DNA of 64,000 nt from Kamptonema formosum PCC 6407 (lineage in GTDB: Bacteria > Cyanobacteriota > Cyanobacteriia > Cyanobacteriales > Microcoleaceae). Positions 20,979 to 29,989 of this stretch are shown piece by piece. The notes under the pieces were generated by a model, which worked only from the letters and a program-made list of their open reading frames with translations, searched no databases and had not been told where the DNA came from. The position numbers and the translations under genes were made by a program. Each line of letters starts with the position of its first letter. Within the stretch, counting starts at the first letter, position 1. The stretch is from assembly GCF_000332155.1 (NCBI RefSeq), contig NZ_KB235903.1, positions 715,156 to 779,155 of the forward strand, given 5' to 3'.

Positions 20979-23384
20979 ATGACACCTGTAGAAGTTGAAA
21001 AAACACCAATGACTGAGCAAGAAGTAGAAAAGCTGTGGGAAGCATTTAAAATGTTTGATGCGGACGGTAGCGGTGCTATTTCAGCAGAAGAACTGGGTCA
21101 AGTGATGCGATCCTTGGGACAGAGCCCCAGCGAGACAGAACTGCGGGACATGATTAAAGAAGTAGATGTTGACCTGTCGGGAAGTATCGATTTTGAAGAA
21201 TTTAAAGCGTTAATTGTCTCCCAACAAGGCGATCGCACCAGCCGCCTAAAACTAGCATTCAGCGTCTTTGATGAGGACGGCAGCGGTCAAATCACCGTCA
21301 ACGAGCTGCGTAGTGTGATGAGTCAGTTTGGGCTGACAGATAAAGAACTTAATGAGATAGTACAAGAAGTCGATCATGATGGCGATGCCTCCATTGACTT
21401 TGAAGAGTTCTGTAAACTGGTGCCCGAAGAGTCCGAGATCGCTACAGGTTATCAAGACTCACCCATTCCCCCCACCACTTCACCTCAGCCAACTGCAACT
21501 GATGGGAGTACAACAGCCACCGAAAGCACACCCACGATCGCCAACGAGGTAGAACCCAGCACCACACCCACACCACAGGAAACACTCAGCGAAATAGATG
21601 CAGAGGTAGCAAGACTCACAGAACTACTCGCCAAACACCCACAGAACGAGACAAAGCGCGGTACATCGCGCTTACAGATGCAAATTGGTCTATTTCGCCT
21701 AATCCAGGGAGCCGCCTATCGCTGCTTCCGCGAGAGTTTCTCCGCCAACCACGAAACTCACCTGCGCGTCAGAAATCTACCCTACAGAATCACTGATTTC
21801 GTGCGGTTTGTGAAGACTGCGATCGCGCTTTACAAAGGATTAGGGATCGTCGAACCAGCTTGCAACCCCTTACTGGATGCAGTGGTAGAATCAATTACTA
21901 ATGAGTATGCTCGACTAGAAGACCGGATTAAGAATTGGAAAGCGATCGAAAAAACCCCAGAAATGTTGGCAGAACAAAAAGCCATGTTAGAGGCGCGGGG
22001 TAAATCTGCCACTGTCAAAGAAAAGTTTGCCGCCGGAGTTGAGTTTGCCATCACCATCAAGAAAAAACGTCTCAACTTGCGCGATGTTGCTGAAGGTGTA
22101 CTTGCCATCAATGAGCTCAACCGACTCAGGAAGATGGAACTCAATCAAGAGATTGCTCCAGAAGTAGAGCAATCAGCCGGAGATCCCAAAGATTACCTCA
22201 AAAAGTGGAACCGAGTCCTCCTCTCTGATGCCTCCGAACAAGTCGATGGTGCAATGATGCCAGTAGCTTATTGGTATGAGGAATTTATGCCAAAACTGTT
22301 GGCTGCTTTCAGCGTTAATACCGTCGCCGATATCCAAAGTAATACCGTTCCTGACGAAGCAGCTTTGGACAAGTGGTATCAATCTACTAAGGAGTCAGGA
22401 GAATTTAACGTTTATGGTGCCGATGTTGCAGACGGCTTTTCCAAATGCACTCCCCAACAAAAACTAATGCTTAAACAAGCTTGGCGACTCACTCACAACT
22501 ACTTAAATGGGGTGCAAAAACGGCGGGAACGTCAGGAATTTGGACGCGACTCTGGCGCACTTTCCCATTATGTATCATTCATTGATATATCCCTGGGCCG
22601 CAGCGATATTAAGGATGCTCAGATGCGCGTCAGTTTTCCATACTATATCGGGCCAGCGGTTTGGCGTTTCTTCCACACCAGTGCGGAAATTGTATCTACT
22701 AAAACGCCTGAGAAACAAAAAGCCTTGATAGCCGTTTTCAAGGAGTTTTTTCAACTGTTTGCCACGATGTATCCCTGTCCCTACTGTCGCCATCATCTCA
22801 ATGCCTATGTTGTGCAGAATAAGGAAGTGGAAATGTACCCTGTGGAGTACCTCGTACTCGGCCGCGACGTGAATCTTACTGACTTTAAGGTATCCCTAGA
22901 AGCAAAGCTTTCTACTGTGGTTGATGGCCCTTCTCTGCGCTTATTTTTCTGGAAGTTACACAACACTGTGTCTTCATCTATTGCTCGTTCGGAAGAGTGG
23001 TATCACAAGGATGAAAAAGCTTTTTACACTACTCGCTATTGGCCGAGTCTTGACTCGGAGTTAGCGCGTGCCAAAGCACTCAAACATATCAGCATTTCAA
23101 CCGATCGCATCTATGGTCTTTATGGGATGCTGAAGCCTGCATCGCGGCTTTCGGCTGTGAGAACTACATTGCAAAAGCTTTTGGAAAAAGGCGATATCGA
23201 AGGGATTAAGGCGGCCTGTACGATCGCAGAAGATTATATTAAGGATTTGGAGGAGGCTGCGATCGGCGGAAATTTCCTACAAGATACATATTACTTCGAT
23301 CCTGACCTGGTTGATAAAGCTCCACACTTTACTCCTGATGAAGAACAATTTGCCCGCAGTGGTGTGTTTGTGGAGGTTGTTTAA
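20979..23384 (+). CDS. Fusion protein: calmodulin-like 4x EF-hand + Pro/Thr linker + unknown region + Erv1/ALR-like CxxC sulfhydryl oxidase domain
   Basis: EF loops DADGSGAISAEE, DVDLSGSIDFEE, DEDGSGQITVNE and DHDGDASIDFEE. C-terminal VWRFFHTSAE...FFQLFATMYPCPYCRHHL...FFWKLHNTV matches the Erv/ALR W..H...YPCxxC...W..HN.V pattern. The ATG at 20979 follows ggaga. Confidence 0.8.
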   Translation: MTPVEVEKTPMTEQEVEKLWEAFKMFDADGSGAISAEELGQVMRSLGQSPSETELRDMIKEVDVDLSGSIDFEEFKALIVSQQGDRTSRLKLAFSVFDEDGSGQITVNELRSVMSQFGLTDKELNEIVQEVDHDGDASIDFEEFCKLVPEESEIATGYQDSPIPPTTSPQPTATDGSTTATESTPTIANEVEPSTTPTPQETLSEIDAEVARLTELLAKHPQNETKRGTSRLQMQIGLFRLIQGAAYRCFRESFSANHETHLRVRNLPYRITDFVRFVKTAIALYKGLGIVEPACNPLLDAVVESITNEYARLEDRIKNWKAIEKTPEMLAEQKAMLEARGKSATVKEKFAAGVEFAITIKKKRLNLRDVAEGVLAINELNRLRKMELNQEIAPEVEQSAGDPKDYLKKWNRVLLSDASEQVDGAMMPVAYWYEEFMPKLLAAFSVNTVADIQSNTVPDEAALDKWYQSTKESGEFNVYGADVADGFSKCTPQQKLMLKQAWRLTHNYLNGVQKRRERQEFGRDSGALSHYVSFIDISLGRSDIKDAQMRVSFPYYIGPAVWRFFHTSAEIVSTKTPEKQKALIAVFKEFFQLFATMYPCPYCRHHLNAYVVQNKEVEMYPVEYLVLGRDVNLTDFKVSLEAKLSTVVDGPSLRLFFWKLHNTVSSSIARSEEWYHKDEKAFYTTRYWPSLDSELARAKALKHISISTDRIYGLYGMLKPASRLSAVRTTLQKLLEKGDIEGIKAACTIAEDYIKDLEEAAIGGNFLQDTYYFDPDLVDKAPHFTPDEEQFARSGVFVEVV

Positions 23385-23458
23385 CCCTCAGTAAATTCAA
23401 TCCTCAATAATTTACTCAAAGGTATGTAGTTGCGCTTTAGCGCAGACAGCGCAACTAT

Positions 23459-23712
23459 AGCTAGGGGCTAGGGGCTAGGGAAGAAGCGAAAGAAGGGAAA
23501 GAGAATAAAAGTAACAACTTCGTCGTCAACACTCAGCCGAACGGTTCGAGGATTTAGAATGCCCTAATGGTCTTGACGGTTGCTATAGCAACCTTCTTAG
23601 TAGTTAAGACCTTCTGAGTTCCACCAAACTAGCTGATTCTCTTCCCTTCTTCCCTAGCCTCTTCTTCCTTCTTCCCTAGCCCCTAGCCCCTAGCCTCTAG
23701 CCCCTCTTCCCC
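23459..23712. repeat. Roughly 250-bp palindromic repeat element: (GGGGCTA)n arms around a GGTTGCTATAGCAACC core
   Basis: Left arm gctaggggctaggggctagggaagaag, right arm cttccctagcccctagcccctagc. The perfect 16-bp palindrome lies at 23578-23593. Confidence 0.55.
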
Positions 23713-23793
23713 TGTCATAGTTCCCTGACATTTGACTTGCAACTCGAAGTCGTTATGAGTATGATTTAAAAAGAAGCAAAAAATAGAGCCGCA

Positions 23794-24054
23794 ATGAGGA
23801 TAGAAGAAATACCTATCAAACAGATTCGCCGCCCCCTGCCGCGAGTCAACGACCAAACCAAAGTAGCCGCGCTCATGGAATCCATCCGCGAGGTAGGATT
23901 AAAAGAGCCAATCGACGTGCTAGAAGTAGATGGCAAGTATTATGGCTTCTCAGGTTGCCACAGATATGAAGCTTGCGATCGCCTCGGCCTCGAAACCATC
24001 CGCTGCAAAGTCCGCCGAGCCCCCCGTTCCGTTTTGCAGATGCACCTAGCCTAA
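23794..24054 (+). CDS. srxA: Sulfiredoxin (ParB/Srx fold)
   Basis: 86 aa with the signature FSGCHRYEA. Confidence 0.75.
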   Translation: MRIEEIPIKQIRRPLPRVNDQTKVAALMESIREVGLKEPIDVLEVDGKYYGFSGCHRYEACDRLGLETIRCKVRRAPRSVLQMHLA

Positions 24055-24150
24055 GAGGTTAGCTGAAGCCAGCTCATCCTTTTAGCAGATGCTTCTGTCA
24101 CCAGTTTTTTCTAAAATTTCTCTAATTACAATTAACTTGAGGCAAACATA

Positions 24151-24714
24151 ATGAGTAAGAACAACCACAAACAAGCTCTTTACCCAACTCGTATCGATCT
24201 GTCCGCAGAAACGCGCACTAAACTTGTTGGGATTCTTAACGACACTTTGGCAAACACCCTCGACTTAAAAACTCAAGTCAAGCAAGCCCACTGGAACGTC
24301 AAAGGCTTAGATTTTTACCAGTTACACTTGCTCTTTGACGAAATGGCAGGAGAATTAGAAGAGTACGTCGATATGTTTGCCGAAAGGATCACAGCTTTGG
24401 GCGGGTTGGCTTTGGGAACAGCCCGCATCGCCGCCGCAGAATCGAGCTTGCCAGAGTACCCCTTCGATATCCTTGATGGTAAATCCCATATTACCGCCTT
24501 AGCCGATCGCTATGCTCCCTATGGTAAGTTGTTGCGGGATGCGATCGATAAGACAGGAGAATGGGGCGATGCTGACACTGCTGACTTATACACCGAAGTC
24601 TCGCGGGCGATCGATAAGCGGCTGTGGTTCTTGGAAGCCCACCTGCAACCCTCAGAGATTGCTTCAGAAGATGAGGAAGTGGCTGGGAAAAAAGAAAAAG
24701 TCAAGCACAAGTAG
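24151..24714 (+). CDS. dps: Dps-family DNA-binding ferritin-like protein
   Basis: LDLKTQVKQAHWNVKG..FYQLHLLFDE, ferritin-like ferroxidase residues, and a Lys/Glu-rich C-terminal tail. Confidence 0.85.
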   Translation: MSKNNHKQALYPTRIDLSAETRTKLVGILNDTLANTLDLKTQVKQAHWNVKGLDFYQLHLLFDEMAGELEEYVDMFAERITALGGLALGTARIAAAESSLPEYPFDILDGKSHITALADRYAPYGKLLRDAIDKTGEWGDADTADLYTEVSRAIDKRLWFLEAHLQPSEIASEDEEVAGKKEKVKHK

Positions 24715-24789
24715 AATTGGTTAACGGTTAACTATTAACAGTTAACTGTTAACCGTTAGTTGTTTGCTTACTGAGTTAGACATTATAGA

Positions 24790-24847
24790 GTGGTGCGGAC
24801 ATCTTGCCCGCGATTCTCTAGGATAGCGGGCAAGATGCCCGCACCAC
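24790..24847. repeat. 22-bp-stem hairpin repeat (GTGGTGCGGACATCTTGCCCGC / GCGGGCAAGATGCCCGCACCAC)
   Basis: The arms at 24790-24811 and 24826-24847 are complementary with one mismatch. Downstream of dps. Confidence 0.6.
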
Positions 24848-24871
24848 AAACTACAGCACTTTCAAGGTAAG

Positions 24872-24957
24872 TGAGGTACAGAGAAACCGGGTTTCTTGAA
24901 TAAAACCGATTTCTGGCGATAAATAAGCGAAGAAACCCGGTTTCTGGGGTGTACTTC
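24872..24957. repeat. Foldback element with AGAAACCGGGTTT inverted termini (copy 2)
   Basis: gaggtacagagaaaccgggtttcttg...gaagaaacccggtttctggggtgtacttc. Same termini as 19897-20002. Confidence 0.5.
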
Positions 24958-25065
24958 ATAAACCTGGAATCCGCTCTATATAATTCTGATGTACTCGGAA
25001 TTGACACTCTCAGGTCTAAAGACACTGAGATTCTTGAAGAGCCCAGATTATGAATAAAATTTTAA

Positions 25066-25117
25066 CCAATTACCAATTACCAATTACCAATTTCCAATTT
25101 CCAATTTCCAATTTCCC
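25066..25117. repeat. Heptamer tandem repeat (CCAATTA / CCAATTT)
   Basis: ccaattaccaattaccaattaccaatttccaatttccaatttccaatttcc. Confidence 0.7.
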
Positions 25118-25139
25118 AAAGACTTAGAAGGGATAATGC

Positions 25140-25796
25140 GTGACAGTTAAAATTTCAGATTACACCCTCGAATTGCAACGCCTGATGCAACAGGCGGGGT
25201 TTTCTAGTTTGAGAGCGTTGAGTCAGGCAAGTGGCGTTTCTGAACTGGATTTGATCCGCTTGCGGCGGGGGTTAGCTTTGCAGACGCGAGCAGATACGCT
25301 AGTAAAAATTAGTCAAGCTTTGGAAATTTCTATAACAGAGTTATTGGCAACTTTTGCTCCTGGGTCTGTAGAATTGCCCCAGGAGTCAGGATCGGCAGCA
25401 ATAGCACAGGAATACGATCGCCTGCAAACTCAGATGCAGCAGCAGCGAGAAACTTTAATACAGGAATTTCAGCAACAAACATTGCAAATCTTGGAATCTT
25501 GGATGCTGCAATGGCCAACTGCGGCAAGTAAAGCTCAGGAAAATCCCGACTTATCAGCAGTGAAATTGCTGCCATTACTACGGCCAATCGAACAGCTATT
25601 GCAGGAATGGGGAGTAGAGGCGATCGCCACAGTCGGAACATCCATTCCCTATGACCCCCAATTTCACCAGCTAATGGAAGGAACCGCTCAGCCAGGGGAA
25701 ACAGTCAAAGTGCGCTACACTGGCTATCGGCAAGGAGACAAACTTCTCCACCGCGCCAAAGTCAGCCCCATTACTTCCAAAGTTCTCGAAACTTGA
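25140..25796 (+). CDS. HTH domain protein with GrpE-like C-terminal domain
   Basis: N-terminal LRALSQASGVSELDLIRLRRG (HTH). C-terminal IPYDPQFHQLMEG...VKVRYTGYRQGDKLLHRAKVS resembles the GrpE beta-domain. GTG start. Confidence 0.5.
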   Translation: MTVKISDYTLELQRLMQQAGFSSLRALSQASGVSELDLIRLRRGLALQTRADTLVKISQALEISITELLATFAPGSVELPQESGSAAIAQEYDRLQTQMQQQRETLIQEFQQQTLQILESWMLQWPTAASKAQENPDLSAVKLLPLLRPIEQLLQEWGVEAIATVGTSIPYDPQFHQLMEGTAQPGETVKVRYTGYRQGDKLLHRAKVSPITSKVLET

Positions 25797-25950
25797 TAGA
25801 ATTATGGCTGTCTGACCAACCTTTAATCATCAAGCTTTTTGTGGATCGTCCTAAAAAAGGTTGTTATTAAGAATCCTCGCGTCTTTAGACTGGGGAGTGT
25901 CAAACTAAAGTAATCTGGCTACTGATAATCGGATATAGCACGTGGAAAAT

Positions 25951-26277
25951 ATGAGTCCTGTAGTTAAAATTATTCAACCCTCCGGCATTTTAGACGGTAC
26001 AAAGGCAAGTCAATTCCGCCAAGAGATTAGCGATCTAGTGGAATCTGGGGCAGATGTGGTATTAATAGACTTCCAAGATGTGACATTTATGGATAGTTCT
26101 GGCTTAGGCGCTTTAGTCCTGGCGCTGAAAACTGTACGCGCCGCCGGCAGCCAACTGGTAGTCTGTTCTATCAACGAGCAAATCAGAATCTTGTTTGAAC
26201 TCACTAGCATGGATCGAGTTTTCGAGATATTTCCCAGCCGCGACGCTTTTAATACCAAGATTCTCTCCAGCAGCTAA
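25951..26277 (+). CDS. Anti-sigma-factor antagonist (STAS, RsbV/SpoIIAA-like)
   Basis: VVLIDFQDVTFMDSSGLGALV with the phosphorylatable Ser context. Confidence 0.8.
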   Translation: MSPVVKIIQPSGILDGTKASQFRQEISDLVESGADVVLIDFQDVTFMDSSGLGALVLALKTVRAAGSQLVVCSINEQIRILFELTSMDRVFEIFPSRDAFNTKILSSS

Positions 26278-26333
26278 ACTTTTTAGGCGATCGCCGCTTG
26301 CAAATTTCTCCAAAATGTGCTAGAGGAGATAAG

Positions 26334-27467
26334 TTAGCCAAAGTTGACTTTGAGTAAAGACCAATCATCATCAAAAGCAGCTTTGGCGTTTAAATTTTGA
26401 ACGTAGTTAAAAACTCGGTCAAGATCGTCAGCATTTCTGTTGTGAGGAGTAGTAATTAGGTCAATAAAAGCATCAAGCCCCCAGATATTGCCATCAGGTT
26501 GATGAATCTCGTAAACCCCATCACTGAAGATATACAGCGTACTCAACTCATCTACATAGCAGGAATTATCGAGATATTCAGCATCTGGGAACATCCCAAC
26601 TGGCATTCCGGGAGTTTTTAGGCGTTTGGCTTTGGGGATACCTCCATCTGTGGATACCAAGACGGCGGGGGGATGGCCGGCACTGGCATATACTAGCTGG
26701 CGCTGAGGTCGGTTGTAAACACCGTACCACATTGTAAAATACTTGTCATTTTGATAACTCATCTGAAAAGTAGTATTGAGCGATCGCAGCACCTCGCTAG
26801 GTTGGTAGTAGTTAATATTGGGAATAGCTCGCGATCGCAGCAAATTTAGAACTGCCACAGAGGGAAGCGCCGCCCTCAAACCATGTCCAGCCACATCCAG
26901 CAAGTAAATCGCCAAATAATCAGAGTCCAGCCAAGTATAGTCAAAGCAATCTCCACCCAACTGCCTCGAAGGGATAAACTTCGCCTCCACGCTCACAGGT
27001 TCCGTCAAAGGATCTGGGAGTAGCGATCGCACATACTCAGCCGCCTCAGCTAACTCAGCCTCCAGTAACCCCTTAGCAATTTGTAAATCTCGGCTGAGCT
27101 GGTGTAGGCGCAGCCCCGCCCGCACTCTGGCTTGCAACTCATTGAGTTCAATCGGCTTAGAGATAAAATCATCCGCGCCAGCATCAAGACCCTTAACGCG
27201 ATCGGCTACCGATCCCAGCGAAGTCAACAAAAAGAATTGAGTAGTTGACAAATCTGGATTTGCCTTAACTCGGCGGCACACCTCTATTCCCGTCAGACGC
27301 GGCATAATCCAGTCGCAAATGATCAGAGCTGGGCGCAACTGTTGAGCCTGTGTAATACCGTCTTCGCCATTGCTCGCTACCGTAACCTCATAACCCTGTT
27401 TTTTCAGGGTTCTTCTCAGCAGCTCTTGAACGGCAGTATCGTCGTCAATAACCAGAATTTGAAACAT
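26334..27467 (-). CDS. Response-regulator receiver fused to PP2C/SpoIIE phosphatase (RsbU-like)
   Basis: The REC domain has ILVIDDD, LIICDWIMP and KP. The C-terminal part has GGDCFDY...DVAGHG...SDGVYE. Confidence 0.85.
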   Translation of the reverse strand: MFQILVIDDDTAVQELLRRTLKKQGYEVTVASNGEDGITQAQQLRPALIICDWIMPRLTGIEVCRRVKANPDLSTTQFFLLTSLGSVADRVKGLDAGADDFISKPIELNELQARVRAGLRLHQLSRDLQIAKGLLEAELAEAAEYVRSLLPDPLTEPVSVEAKFIPSRQLGGDCFDYTWLDSDYLAIYLLDVAGHGLRAALPSVAVLNLLRSRAIPNINYYQPSEVLRSLNTTFQMSYQNDKYFTMWYGVYNRPQRQLVYASAGHPPAVLVSTDGGIPKAKRLKTPGMPVGMFPDAEYLDNSCYVDELSTLYIFSDGVYEIHQPDGNIWGLDAFIDLITTPHNRNADDLDRVFNYVQNLNAKAAFDDDWSLLKVNFG

Positions 27468-27657
27468 GGGGGCTCAGGTAGTACAAGTTTTTCAAGGTCT
27501 GGGGGTAGTCAATCAATAATCTTCACTCAGCACGCTTGCCACAATTGAGTATAGTCTAATAAGATAGCAGTCGAGCTAAATGCTAGGCGAGTCAACAGTC
27601 GCGCTCAATTTAGACTTAGACTTGATTTAAAATACGGCATAACTTTAGTGGCTTAGC

Positions 27658-28122
27658 GTGGTTGAATTAAAAAGTTCTGACAAGTCGCCAGTACCGGGGA
27701 AAGCCCACATTCAAGTCAATCCAGATCTGAAGGAATTAGACCCTGTTTTGTCTTGGTTTGCCCAATTGCATCAGCCGCCAATTCCCACCAGTATTTGGCT
27801 CAGGTGTCAATTAGCCCTAGCTGAGGGTTTTACCAATGCGGTTCGCTATGCCCACAAAGGCAAACCGGACATTCCTATTGACATTGAGGTAGCCCTGTTT
27901 CCCGAACGCTTAGAGATTAGAATCTGGGATTACGGCCCATCCTTTGATTTAGAACAGAAAATCAAGGAACTATCCGACGATCGAGTGGATACGTTTTCTG
28001 GTGGCGGCCGAGGCGTAAAATTGATGAAGGACATAGCCGATCGTCTGAGTTATACCGCTACTGCCGATAACCGGAACTGTCTATTAATCGTCAAAGGTTA
28101 TTCCCCCCAAATTGAAGCATGA
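27658..28122 (+). CDS. Anti-sigma regulatory factor Ser/Thr kinase (RsbW-like, HATPase_c)
   Basis: LALAEGFTNAVRYAH ... IRIWDYGPSFD ... GGGRGVKLM. GTG start. Confidence 0.75.
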   Translation: MVELKSSDKSPVPGKAHIQVNPDLKELDPVLSWFAQLHQPPIPTSIWLRCQLALAEGFTNAVRYAHKGKPDIPIDIEVALFPERLEIRIWDYGPSFDLEQKIKELSDDRVDTFSGGGRGVKLMKDIADRLSYTATADNRNCLLIVKGYSPQIEA

Positions 28123-28177
28123 ATGGTTGGCAGGTTGGGGGGTTCAGTCAAATAATTGAGAAGGAAACAACCCTGCT

Positions 28178-28939
28178 CTAGGAAAGGGGATTGAGCCAAC
28201 GTAGGATTTCCCGTTTTAACTGATTCAGTTCCCGGTAGACTTGTTGTTTCACCCACTGACCAATAGCATCTAGGGGGGTAAAAACTTGACCAACAGGCCA
28301 GCTTACATCTTGACCCAAGGGCGTTTGGTGGTTGCCGGCCATTGTCTGTAACGCAACCATACCGGGAAAACGGGGTTGGAGTATCTTTGCTAATATTATG
28401 CTCTGGTCGAGATTGTCATCGGCAAATTTCACTAGGAGGTTACGCCGAATTTGATAGTGTTCTTGGACTATACGATTAGTTTCTTGGGGGGAAGGAGTAA
28501 ACTCAACGTTAAAGACGGGGGATATTTGCTCTACGATCGGGATTGCGTCGCGGGCTGCATAGTTGTTAAAAGAAATCAAGATATTACCCGCCCGTTCTAC
28601 GTCAAATAGACTGCCGATGAGTAGGTGTAACTTGCAACCCATGCTGTGTCCGATGCCGTAGATGGGGAAGTATGCCTTGCGTAAGGTTTTAGTAGCGTAC
28701 AAGCGATCGAGGGCGTTTTCAAATTTGTTGAGGACATCGCGGGCGATCGCAACATGATCTAAAGTATTCACAAATGGTGTAGCAACCACAATATATCCTT
28801 GTCCTGCCAATTCCTCTAATAGCCACCGATAGGTCAATTGCGGTGCTGTGGCTACAAAAGCCCCCCCTAGAAAATGTACGATCGCGCTAGGTCGCGGTGG
28901 AATTAATACCCAGTTCCCAGAAATTTCTTGCCAGTCCAT
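28178..28939 (-). CDS. DUF1350-like alpha/beta-hydrolase-fold protein
   Basis: VHFLGGAFVATAPQLTYRWLLEEL and the GHSMGC nucleophile elbow. Confidence 0.6.
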   Translation of the reverse strand: MDWQEISGNWVLIPPRPSAIVHFLGGAFVATAPQLTYRWLLEELAGQGYIVVATPFVNTLDHVAIARDVLNKFENALDRLYATKTLRKAYFPIYGIGHSMGCKLHLLIGSLFDVERAGNILISFNNYAARDAIPIVEQISPVFNVEFTPSPQETNRIVQEHYQIRRNLLVKFADDNLDQSIILAKILQPRFPGMVALQTMAGNHQTPLGQDVSWPVGQVFTPLDAIGQWVKQQVYRELNQLKREILRWLNPLS

Positions 28940-29017
28940 AAATTAATATCTTAAAACTATAGCTAAAGGTAGAAGGCAGAAAGCCGTTTTTGAGTGTACC
29001 CAAATCATGGTATTAGT

Positions 29018-29356
29018 GATACAGCAACCGCTAAGACCCTTATGGGCTCTGAATTACTCAAACCGTTACTTTTATTCTATTTTCCTCCTTCTCTTACCCT
29101 TCTTACCGGAGCATCGTAGCCCCTAGCCTAAGCGCCCCTTTTTACCCTAGCGACGATAATAATTACCTATGATGCCCTTAAGTATATGTCAGAACTTCAG
29201 GCTGAAGGTAAAATTAGGCACTTAGCTTTGATAGGACTTAACGGTTTAAGAGGGGCTAGGGGCTAGGGGCTAGGGGCTAGGGAAGACGGAAGAAGGGTTT
29301 AGAATCAGGGTTTTAAATTTAGAATGTCTTAACTGCCTTGGCAACTGCTATATCAG
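29018..29356. repeat. Second copy/variant of the GGGGCTA-array + GCTATAGC-core repeat family
   Basis: gatacagcaaccgctaagaccc...agaataaaagtaac (reverse complement) and aggggctaggggctaggggctaggggctagggaagacggaagaagg...gcaactgctatatc parallel the element at 23459-23712. Confidence 0.45.
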
Positions 29357-29989
29357 AAAAATATTGGGGGCAACCCGAATCAAATACGGGAATGTTGAAC
29401 GCTACCAGCTTAAAAAAATATAAAAAAATGCTGGATGCTTATGGGAATTGGAGTTGATTTCAAAAGTTACTGAGTGTACTTAAAAATATGCCGATAAGCA
29501 CAATGTTAGTATCTCTAATATGTCAGTTCGATACATTCTAGATCGAACAAAGGATGGGCGATAGGGAAGATCGAGGAAATGGAGAAATAGGGAGTATGCG
29601 GGAGATGGGAAAGGTGCTAGGAGTGTAGCCTTCTGGATACAGATCGCATCGCCCCAGATCGCCCCAGCACCTTGTAGCGAGCGTTAATTCAACAAATATC
29701 TAGGAACTGGGGTTACGTAGCTGAAGTTACGGTGTATCAATTTAAAAAAGCCCTTAGTTGAAAATACTGACTAATATAAATTTATGATGAAGTTGCATAA
29801 AACTTACTAGACAAGATGAGGGGAATAAGAGATATTATACTTAAGAAGCGAAAATTTACATAATATAGTCTAAATTAACAGACTGATAACAGACTTAATG
29901 GCTCTTAAGCCAAGTTAAGAGCTTCTTTATAAGAACTATCAGGGGTTTTATAAGCGTAGTAATTCAACACTTAGAAAAGGGAATCAGCC

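Noticed and set aside
24783-25025. 80-aa minus-strand ORF downstream of dps
   Set aside because: It is composed of the 22-bp hairpin repeat and the AGAAACCGGGTTT foldback element, so it is a repeat-derived open frame and not a gene.
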